Shown piece after piece: positions 1-7,530 of a stretch of 28,345 nucleotides of DNA. The number at the start of each line of letters is the position of its first letter. Position 1 is the first letter of the stretch. The stretch spans positions 1 to 28,345 of the forward strand of contig JANOAV010000103.1 of the NCBI GenBank assembly GCA_031411295.1, in the 5' to 3' direction. Below the pieces are notes generated by a model. It worked only from the letters and a program-made list of their open reading frames with translations, searched no databases and was not told the DNA's origin. The translations under genes and the position numbers were made by a program. Source of the DNA: Verrucomicrobiales bacterium. Its GTDB lineage: Bacteria; Verrucomicrobiota; Verrucomicrobiia; Verrucomicrobiales; V1-33.

Positions 1-2
1 AT

Positions 3-335
3 GCAAGCCTTGCAGCACACGGTCTGACCGTCATTTTGCCTGCCGCAAGCCTTGCATTGCCTAATCTGACCGTCATCCTAACGTAAACGGCACCCGCAGC
101 GCCCAAAATGACCGTCATTTTACGGTCCGCGAACCTAGAATCGTCAAAAATGACCGTCATTTCCCCCTCCGCAACACCCGATTTCCCCCAGCGCCCCGTC
201 ATTTTCCCCTGCCCGACCCCCGCGCCCCCAGAAATCCCCGACCCATTCCCCTGCGCTACGCCCGACGGCCAAAAATTCGCCCCCAGATTCCCCTCCGCGT
301 CACCAGATCCCCCACAGTCAGCCATCGATTCCTTA
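3..335. repeat. Degenerate 42-bp-period array of short palindromes
   Basis: TGACCGTCA starts at 25, 67, 109 and 151, with decayed copies in the same phase near 193, 240 and 288. GCAAGCCTTGC occurs at 3 and 45. The best copy is AAAATGAC-C-GTCATTTT at 105-121. Confidence 0.75.
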
Positions 336-506
336 GGAAATACCCCCACCGCACCACCCGAAGTGGTCATAAAAGCGCGGGCAACAATTGTATTCATAGA
401 AAAGATTCCGTGAAGCAGCAACAAACGAATTTCGACCGCCAATAAATCAAATTTTTCACCGCTAGACAAGATTTATTTTCAGAAATTTTCGCCAACTCTG
501 CTGCCA

Positions 507-754
507 GTCCTGTAAGGACGACACATCAAAGCCCAGGGTGGAGCGCCAGCGCAACCCTGGGTCTGGCCACAAATCAGCGGAAAGCCCTGTAGGGGCGGGA
601 CATCGCAACATGCATTACATTCCACCGTGGACATCGCATTGGAGAGTGCGCATTCCCCATGTCCCGCCCTTACAGGGCTTAGATCGGGTGGGATCTCTTT
701 CCCAGGGTTACGTTTCACTCCACCCTGGGCTTTGATGTGTCGTCCTTACAGGAC
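507..754. repeat. REP doublet (REPIN-like), family 1
   Basis: GTCCTGTAAGGAC (507-519), a linker, a CCCAGGGT..ACCCTGGG hairpin and GCCCTGTAGGGGC (584-596), mirrored in inverted orientation at 659-754. The same units flank the HUH transposase at 27330-28310. Confidence 0.9.
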
Positions 755-777
755 TAAGAACCCTTGCCCCATCACCC

Positions 778-1041
778 TCATCCCAGTCCATCCCCTAGAG
801 ACAGCACCGCATTGAGCGCTTGGTTCTGCGTCTTTGCCCCCACCTTCCCTTCCACCGCCAATCCCGTAGGAAACGCCTCCACCTCAGCCTCCCCCATCTC
901 CCGTGGATGCCGCTTCCCATGCCACAACACATACCGCCGATACCACCCCACATAGGTCTCCTCCGTTTTCAGGCTATAATGCTTGCGCCGCTGCACCGCG
1001 CGCAGTTGATCTTCCAGTTTTGGTTCATTTCCCGTTGTCAT
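778..1041 (-). pseudogene. intI: Truncated integron integrase (N-terminal SAM-like domain only)
   Basis: LEDQLRAVQRRKHYSLKTEETYVGWYRRYVLWHGKRHPREMGEAEVEAF..LAVEGKV.AKTQNQALNA is the characteristic IntI N-terminus. The frame decays and stops after NQALNA, about 25 bp before the REP doublet, and no catalytic RHRY domain follows. It is divergent from the downstream cassette-like genes. Start placed at MTTGNEPKL. Confidence 0.9.
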
Positions 1042-1073
1042 AATCCGCATGAGTTCACGCGCATCTGAGCGAA

Positions 1074-1230
1074 AATCCACAATACCGTTGACTATCACGC
1101 GCATCTGCGACTAAATCCTACCAAAAATTCCACTATGAAATCACTACCCCGCGCAAAAACCGACAAATCTGTCGCCTATAAGGAAGCTCGGCAAAAATCG
1201 ACAATTCTGCTGGTGATCAGCTGGTTCGCC
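1074..1230 (+). other. attI-like / cassette-promoter module, copy A (crossover core GTTCGCC 1224-1230)
   Basis: Lies directly upstream of the divergent intI. Similarity to copy D (6418-6573) ends right at the GTT. Contains TTGACT and CGACA-N4-TGTCG palindromes. The first gene starts 22 nt after the core. Confidence 0.75.
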
Positions 1231-1252
1231 TTCAATTCTTAGCCGCCACCCA

Positions 1253-1927
1253 ATGCTCTGGAAAATCGAAAATACGCCCCACAAAATACTCGGGTCAATC
1301 CACCACCTTCCGATCGGACAAAAGCTCCCCAAATGGTTCCCTCAGTCCTTGGACGAATTTGATGATGTAGTTTTTGAAGCAGATAATGCAAAGGCATCCG
1401 ATTACTTTGATAGACATCCCGGTCCGAAACCGTGGATGGAAAAATTGGTTTTTGCTTCAGCAAAATGTCGCGAGCTGCAACTCGCTGAAGGGGTAGAAGA
1501 AATATTACATTCAAAAGCAGTCCGAAATCGTTTGACTGTTGGGTATTTAGAAAGTGCTTCACGGCCTTTTGAGTTATTCGAATCAGCCTACAGCAGTCAT
1601 CCTGATGAGAGCAGGGAAGCACTTCGGCGTCTTAGTAGCGACCCTGCACTTGTCAGATCCGAATACACACGCATGCTGACTTGCTGGCTCACCGCGGACA
1701 GGGATGGGTTCGAACGGTTTTTGGAGGACCAAAGGACTCGTGAGCCCGTCACGGTCGGTTTGCTTGTAACCCAAAGAAACCAAGAATGGATGAAAGTTGC
1801 TACGCACATGATAATGTCCAGCACACCCACTCTCTTTGTCGTTGGCAGCCTCCACGTCGTCGGCCCCGACAGCTTCATCGACTGCATCAACTCCATTGGA
1901 TACAATTGCCGATTCCATCCTAGCTAG
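1253..1927 (+). CDS. TraB/GumN family protein (first cassette)
   Basis: N-terminal LWKI...ILGSIH and C-terminal RNQEW...FVVGSLHVVG motifs. Bounded by GTTCGCC (1224) and GGCGAAG (1927-1933, a one-mismatch inverse core). Confidence 0.85.
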   Translation: MLWKIENTPHKILGSIHHLPIGQKLPKWFPQSLDEFDDVVFEADNAKASDYFDRHPGPKPWMEKLVFASAKCRELQLAEGVEEILHSKAVRNRLTVGYLESASRPFELFESAYSSHPDESREALRRLSSDPALVRSEYTRMLTCWLTADRDGFERFLEDQRTREPVTVGLLVTQRNQEWMKVATHMIMSSTPTLFVVGSLHVVGPDSFIDCINSIGYNCRFHPS

Positions 1928-2013
1928 GCGAAGAATGCGTCGCAATCCGCAGCGCTTGAGACGTCCAACTCCAAATCCGCAACCCATTCAAAAAATCAAT
2001 TCCAGAACTCAAC

Positions 2014-2340
2014 ATGCGACATCTAATTCTTATAGCTCCTTTAGTGCTAGCTAACTCCTGCTCTAGCCCGAGCATCATGAAAACGGGACCAAACACCTAC
2101 CTTGCATCTGAAACATCGGCCGCAGGAATGTTTGTAAATATGTCCAGCCTGAAGGCCAAAACAATTAGCAAAGCGAATGAGTTTGCTCAATCAAAGGGCA
2201 TGGAGGCAGAAGGGCTAAACATTAAGGAAAACAAACCTATCGTGGCCGGGTTTCCGTCAGTCGATTATCAGTTCCGATTGGTGCGGCCTGGACAAGCCGG
2301 GACGGGAACTGTTATTGAGCAGAGTAGACAGGCTTATTAA
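2014..2340 (+). CDS. Small putative lipoprotein
   Basis: Short hydrophobic leader ending LVLANSC (lipobox-like), then ..GPNTY..S...A...A.EFA; lower GC than the core. Confidence 0.7.
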   Translation: MRHLILIAPLVLANSCSSPSIMKTGPNTYLASETSAAGMFVNMSSLKAKTISKANEFAQSKGMEAEGLNIKENKPIVAGFPSVDYQFRLVRPGQAGTGTVIEQSRQAY

Positions 2341-2366
2341 TTGACTCACTCAGACAACATGCGGCA

Positions 2367-2816
2367 ATGACGAGATATATGCCTCAAGACGTATTCGAGT
2401 CCGCAGTTTCGACCGTGACTGTGGGACATATTTCTGTCGATAAACCCCGCGAGGAGATCGCAGCCGATCTCTGGATCGACTATGCAGACCTGCTTGCTGA
2501 CGACCCCGTAGAGATAGTCTGCGAGATGGCAGAAACTTCTCAGGAATCCGTCGAGATGTTCAGGCGGCTGTCCTTCAGCGATTCACAGTCAGAACAGATT
2601 CTTGGTTTTCTCCACCATTTCACTTGGTTTTGTCGCACCTTTGACGAGCGCAACAAGCGACGTGGCTTTCGACTGTTCAATGGTATCTGGTTCACAGCGC
2701 CACGCATCCCAGAAACCAACCGAAAGGCTAGATACATGAAACGCTTTGGTCTGTATCTCATTGGCATGCAAACGGGAACTGTTCCACTCGCCCCCGTCTC
2801 TTGGACCCCGTTTTGA
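2367..2816 (+). CDS. Hypothetical protein (cassette-like)
   Basis: 149-aa ORF co-oriented with and tightly spaced to the array; no recognisable motif. Confidence 0.6.
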   Translation: MTRYMPQDVFESAVSTVTVGHISVDKPREEIAADLWIDYADLLADDPVEIVCEMAETSQESVEMFRRLSFSDSQSEQILGFLHHFTWFCRTFDERNKRRGFRLFNGIWFTAPRIPETNRKARYMKRFGLYLIGMQTGTVPLAPVSWTPF

Positions 2817-2898
2817 ACAGCGTTGACGGATTACAATAACAACACAATCACCACACCCAATTAGATATGGCCCAACTATGCGGTCTGCATTTGCCCGT

Positions 2899-3072
2899 AG
2901 GCCAGCCGCCACCAGATGTATGCCCTCCGGAAACCAACGGCTTACTTTAGTCCTCGCGTTTCCGCCGCCTGGCATCAGGAAACAACCACGCGCCTCGATG
3001 CAGGAATCACCAATTTCATTGACGTCACGCCCATCTGCAGCTAACAAATCGACACTTCTGTCGGAGATAAAC
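2899..3072 (+). repeat. attI-like module copy B (internally deleted, GTT core lost) plus shared upstream segment
   Basis: CGGAAACCAACGGCTT..TTCCGCCGCC.GGCATCAGGAAACAACCACGCGCCTCG matches 3814-3904 and 6325-6401. CAGGAATCA.CAATTTC.TTGACG.CACGC and AAATCGACACTTCTGTCGG.GAT match 6414-6560, with the middle part missing. Confidence 0.8.
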
Positions 3073-3083
3073 TCAAAAATCAC

Positions 3084-3779
3084 ATGTATCTTCCATCCAT
3101 TATCCAAGAATCTGCAGCAGCAATTCGCGACCTCAAAGTTGACGAACAGGCTGTCCCTTTCAATCGGGACGCGTAGCGACGCCAGATCCCGGACTTCGAC
3201 GAGATAATTGGAGACCTTCCGGGCGAGACGATTTCCAGACGGCAGATTTTTGCTCGCTTTGCGGGTATCGAGCCCCGCTTGGTTCCGTGCGGTTCTACAA
3301 TCCAAGCAGAGTTGAGACGACTTTTTGTGTGGGCGATGCTCTGGGGGTATGGCGTTCGTGGATACGGTGCAACCCGCGTAGCTAGGATGCTGGCTACCCC
3401 AAATCTTGGCGACATACTTTGTAAATCCGCCGAGGAGTGCTATTACGGAATGTTCCTTATGGCTTACGACAACCTTAATTCTAGCGTGAAAAACCTGGGT
3501 CCAGCATTTGCCACGAAGTTTTTATATTTCCTCTCCAAGCCGCAAGCCTACGCAATCAAGCCACTAATCTTCGATAGTGTGGTCGTCAACACTCTCCGCA
3601 AGCTGGATTGGCCAGATTGGGCACCAGATTACTTGGCCAGAGAACTGACGCCTTTACGCGCCTCCGGCGCATATGGGCAGTTTCTTATCCTCCTTCACAA
3701 TTGGGCATCTCGGATTGGCTGCCGGCCTGATCAGCTAGAGTATTTTCTCTGGAAGCAGAGCATGGGGCGCTTGGCCTGA
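3084..3779 (+). pseudogene. OGG-fold (8-oxoguanine glycosylase-like, HhH) protein with an in-frame TAG at 3174-3176
   Basis: Motifs AMLWGYG.RGYG..RV, KNLGPAFATKFLYF, PLIFDSVV and PDQLEYFLW. The ATG at 3084 is in frame with ORF 3279-3779 and reads MYLPS...QAVPFNRDA*RRQIP...TISRRQIF. Confidence 0.7.
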
Positions 3780-3813
3780 CTGATTTGGCCTTGTGCGTTT
3801 TGTGTAGGCCTGC

Positions 3814-4078
3814 AGGCCAGTCGCCACCAGAAGCCTCCCATTCGGAAACCAACGGCTTTCTTGAGTCCCCCGCTTCCGCCGCCGGGCATCAGGATACAAG
3901 CGCGTGCTGCAGATAGGGCTGGCCATTCCCCTGAAATTTAGCCACAAAAGGCACACAAAGCACAAAATGAATGCAGGAGGCTTTGTTTGTGGGTCTTGTG
4001 TTCTTTGTGGCAAATTGGTTCTGTGGAATCCTCAGACTGCCCCGTCCCGTTGGGATGGAAGCACCAATTTCATTGACG
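3814..4078 (+). repeat. Fragmentary module copy C interrupted by unrelated DNA
   Basis: 3814-3904 matches 2899-2998. The 17-mer CACCAATTTCATTGACG at 4062-4078 is identical to 3008-3024. Confidence 0.65.
3941..4011. repeat. Small imperfect inverted-repeat element (GCCACAAA...TTTGTGGC)
   Basis: GCCACAAAAGGCACACAAAGCACAAA is inverted against TTTGTGGGTCTTGTGTTCTTTGTGGC. Confidence 0.65.
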
Positions 4079-4252
4079 GCTGTGGGCTGGAAGGGATTCG
4101 GGGTGCTAGGCTTTGGCGTCAGGGTTACGGACTGAAGTCCATAACTACCGTGAGTGGCGGCGGATTCTGCTGGCATTTTTATTGCAGGAAGTGAGGATTT
4201 AGCGCAAGCTCCGGCGGTCGGCTAGACATTTCATTTATCACCACCTAGACTT

Positions 4253-6256
4253 ATGAATTCCAATTACTCTGACTTTACCAAATGGGCGCTGGATGATGCC
4301 CGCTCGCTGGATGAGCGTTATCTGATTTTCCTCGTTTGTGAGGCAACGCGGCTTATCGAATGGTATCGGCGGCCGCTGGAGTATCGGCAGAAACATCAAT
4401 ATCAATTCTTCCCCTTCCAAGACTGGAAACTGTTTCAGCTGAATCCTCTGCTGGCCCCGGAATACTCGGCAGTGGATACGGAACGGGCGATGGCGATGAT
4501 GCCGTATTTCACGAACTTCAAACCGGACACGAATCATGATAAGCGTCAGTTGGCGGAGGTGAGTTCCGTGCTGCGTTTCTTCCCGGCATTGGAGGAGGTC
4601 TCGCTGGGATGGACGAGTCTGCGGGATTTGTCGTTCGTGGAGGCGTTGCCTAACCTGCGGTCGCTACAGATTTCCAGCGGGGAACTGGAGGACTTGGGGC
4701 CGTTCCGGAAATGCCCGAATCTGCGGCATCTGAATTTGCAGTTCGGGAGTCTGGGCACGACGCACTTCACGCCGCCAATCTACTGGGTGGACGGGCGTCC
4801 GCTGGGGGCGCTGTCGCAGTTGGAATCGCTGACGCTCTCCCCGAATCCTGCGATCCTGCAGGGGCTGAAATTTCCCGTGTTACACAAAGCAGAATTCTCC
4901 GGCGGGTCGTGTATTCAGCCGGACTGCCAGCACCTGCCGGACATGCCTGCGCTGCGTCTGCTAACGATGGATCATGTGCAGAGCCTGCGGGGCATCGGAC
5001 GCTTCCCCGGGCTGTGGCATCTGAAGGTGAGCGGGCCGTTGCGGGATTTCGCGGAGGTGGAGACGCTGCGGGAGCTAACTTGTCTGGAGCTGCATACGCA
5101 GATGGGCTGGCCGCGGAAGGTGGCCCCGCTGGCAGCGCTGCCGGAACTGCTCTGGGCGCGTTTCCTGGGGGAGGTGCCTCGCAACTATTGGCCGCTGGCG
5201 GCTGCGCCTAAACTATGTCAGCTGGAGGTGCATCAAGCAGCGGCGGTGCAACTGGAGGTGCAAGCGATCAATGCCGCGCTGACGCCCTGGGACGCGGTCT
5301 TCGCGCTGCCGACACCGCGTCCGCTGGCTCCGCTGCGTTTCGTGGCGGTGGATATTGGCGGGGACAAGAGCGTCATCCCTCAGGACGCTACGGAGCCAAT
5401 CGCAGATTATGTCGCGCATCCGAAATTGCATCATTTGGAGTCGATGTGGATGCGGAATAAGATCTGCGCGGCCACCCGGCGGGTGGCGGGGGAGGACGCA
5501 ATCGGACCTTATCCCGGGCCACCTTGTGAGCTGCATTGGTCACGGGGACTGGGCATCCAGTTACAAACGTTGGATTCAGCGATTCGTCTGCCCGAGGTGC
5601 TGGAGGCCATCCGCTGTGAACTTGCACAATCTGGTAAGGACTGGTTGATCCAGATTTACTGCAATCTGCGGCTGAGTGAGCGGGAAATGTCCGCCCAGGA
5701 GAAACGCTGGCTGAAGCAGGTGCAGGACGATAAACGGCGTTGGCGGGCGGCACAGGATGACGATGATTCATTCATCGAACGCTATCGGAAAACTCAGCAG
5801 CATTTGATCGATACCCAGTTCCGGCTGCGCGTTAGCGAGGAGGAAGGTGAGGAGCCAGATCCGGAAGAGTTCCAACCGTCTGAACAGATCCTGCCTGAGG
5901 CTCCTCAAGCACGCGCGCTGGTAACTAACACGGGCGATGTGCAGCCGCCCGCAGAGGAAGCAGAACCGGAGGAAAATCCAGACTTCGAGCTGAAACCATT
6001 CGATGAACAGGAGCAAAACACCCCCGCCGAAAACGATGCTGATGATGGCTCCACTGCGGTAAAACCAGATCCAGACCCACCGGAATATTTCTGGGAGGAT
6101 CCCTATTCCCATCCCCTGGCGGATTCGTATCGGTTCACGCTGAAGCTGACATTGGATACTGTCTATCACGATGGATATAACCTAGCCACGGTAATGCAAA
6201 TGATGCGGCGGGAGCCAGACGAATTCCACCCTGCGCCTCCGAAGTCGGATGGGTGA
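4253..6256 (+). CDS. Leucine-rich repeat protein with acidic C-terminal region
   Basis: Repeated LxxLPxLxxLxL units (FPALEEVSL, LPNLRSLQI, CPNLRHLNL, LSQLESLTL, MPALRLLTM) and a D/E/P-rich tail. Confidence 0.85.
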   Translation: MNSNYSDFTKWALDDARSLDERYLIFLVCEATRLIEWYRRPLEYRQKHQYQFFPFQDWKLFQLNPLLAPEYSAVDTERAMAMMPYFTNFKPDTNHDKRQLAEVSSVLRFFPALEEVSLGWTSLRDLSFVEALPNLRSLQISSGELEDLGPFRKCPNLRHLNLQFGSLGTTHFTPPIYWVDGRPLGALSQLESLTLSPNPAILQGLKFPVLHKAEFSGGSCIQPDCQHLPDMPALRLLTMDHVQSLRGIGRFPGLWHLKVSGPLRDFAEVETLRELTCLELHTQMGWPRKVAPLAALPELLWARFLGEVPRNYWPLAAAPKLCQLEVHQAAAVQLEVQAINAALTPWDAVFALPTPRPLAPLRFVAVDIGGDKSVIPQDATEPIADYVAHPKLHHLESMWMRNKICAATRRVAGEDAIGPYPGPPCELHWSRGLGIQLQTLDSAIRLPEVLEAIRCELAQSGKDWLIQIYCNLRLSEREMSAQEKRWLKQVQDDKRRWRAAQDDDDSFIERYRKTQQHLIDTQFRLRVSEEEGEEPDPEEFQPSEQILPEAPQARALVTNTGDVQPPAEEAEPEENPDFELKPFDEQEQNTPAENDADDGSTAVKPDPDPPEYFWEDPYSHPLADSYRFTLKLTLDTVYHDGYNLATVMQMMRREPDEFHPAPPKSDG

Positions 6257-6417
6257 GGAAGATCCCTTAATTGGTTTCAGGTATTCCGCGTGTGCCACGT
6301 GGCACTAGCTGGTCCTGATGGATCTCCCGTTCGGAAACCAACGGCTTCCTCGAGTCGCACGCTTCCGCCGCCGGGAAATCAGGAAACAACCACGCGCCTC
6401 GGACGTCTCGGAGCAGG

Positions 6418-6573
6418 AATCAACAATTTCGTTGACGATCACGCGCATCAGCGGCTAAATCCCACCAAACTTCCACTATGAAATCACTACCCCGCGCCAA
6501 AACCGACAACTCTGTCGTCTATAAAGAAGCTCGGCATAAATCGACACTTCTGTCGGTGATCAACTAGTTAGGC
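6418..6573 (+). other. attI-like / cassette-promoter module, copy D (core GTTAGGC 6567-6573)
   Basis: Colinear and highly similar to 1074-1230 over ~156 bp, diverging right after GTT. Two perfect CGACA-N4-TGTCG sites at 6504 and 6542. No intI upstream. Confidence 0.8.
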
Positions 6574-6589
6574 CATTACCTCACGCTCT

Positions 6590-7156
6590 ATGCCATTCAC
6601 ACTCACTGACCCAGGTGCAGCCATAGCGGGAATCACAGGATTTGCGGGGGCGTTACTAGTCCAGTTCCTCGCAACCCGCTCAGAGCGCAAGCGCCTTGAG
6701 CTACACAACCAAAATGCCGACGCTGATCGGCGGGCGCGAGAGGCAGAATTTATAGCGACCAATCAGCGAAGCGATAAAGAGTGGCGTCGCCAAGAGCTTC
6801 ACGATGCTTACAGCGGCGCTTTTTACTATCTCGTCAAACTGGCTTTGAGTAGTCTTCACGCTACGACGAGAGACAAGGATGTGAGGCAACATTTCAGTGA
6901 GGCTCAGCGTTACCTGATCCTTCTCGATGCGCATCACGAGGTCCACGCGACCAAAGAGAAACTCCGGGCGAGGCGGGAGGCGCTTGCGGACAACAGCGAC
7001 CAGACCGCTGAGTTAAGCTGCGCCGCCGAACAAGCCCTCGAAGAAGTAAAGATCATCTTCGGAGAAGACACCAGGCTCCAAATGACGGCTCCATTGCCCT
7101 CCCGCCACCAGGTCCGACATAATGCTGGCGAGAAGCGTTCCGAACATGAATCCTAA
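6590..7156 (+). CDS. Hypothetical protein with N-terminal TM helix and coiled-coil (cassette gene)
   Basis: GAAIAGITGFAGALLVQFL followed by charged helices. Flanked by GTTAGGC upstream and ACCTAAC 3 nt after the stop. Confidence 0.75.
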   Translation: MPFTLTDPGAAIAGITGFAGALLVQFLATRSERKRLELHNQNADADRRAREAEFIATNQRSDKEWRRQELHDAYSGAFYYLVKLALSSLHATTRDKDVRQHFSEAQRYLILLDAHHEVHATKEKLRARREALADNSDQTAELSCAAEQALEEVKIIFGEDTRLQMTAPLPSRHQVRHNAGEKRSEHES

Positions 7157-7159
7157 GTG

Positions 7160-7219
7160 ACCTAACCTTCAAAGATAGCTTTGAGCGGCTTTGCGCCTCA
7201 CTGCTATTAGTTGTTGGAC
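7160..7219 (+). other. Probable (imperfect) attC site, 60 bp
   Basis: R'' ACCTAAC (7160-7166), A[G]ATAGC/GCTATT stem with a bulged base, inner TGAG/CTCA pairing, and R' GTTGGAC (7213-7219). Confidence 0.55.
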
Positions 7220-7333
7220 AGGCCCGGTGATTCACTCCGCGCTATCGCCCTCGGAGGCTGATCGGCGGGCCGATGTGGTTTGCTTTGCGAGTTAGGCGAT
7301 GGCTTGGCTCATGAGCAATTTTAGCTCAGCGCT

Positions 7334-7410
7334 CCTCTGCGTTCTCTGCGGTAATTCTGAATGCTGTGGGATGGGAGTTTTACCGCAGAGGGGGCAGAGA
7401 TTCGCAGAGG
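7334..7410. repeat. Small inverted-repeat element (CTCTGCGGTAA / TTACCGCAGAG)
   Basis: Inverted arms at 7344-7354 and 7380-7390; a related half copy lies at 22466-22495. Confidence 0.65.
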
Positions 7411-7530
7411 TCGAGGATTCGAGCGCGTGGTTAGCAGTGATCAATTGAGGCCTCATGGCCCGCGCAAGGCACCGCTGCGTTTGCATCGTTTGCGGGGTTG
7501 CACGGAGGATGGAGGATGGTATGGCGCGGG

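Noticed and set aside
25..200. CRISPR interpretation of the 42-bp array
   Set aside because: The conserved part is only ~9-17 bp and the period is too short for a repeat plus spacer; there are no cas genes.
479..815. Short ORFs with PPWALMCRPYRT / VPPLQG peptides (also at 27205-27782 and 27743-28345)
   Set aside because: They are translations of REP repeats, not genes.
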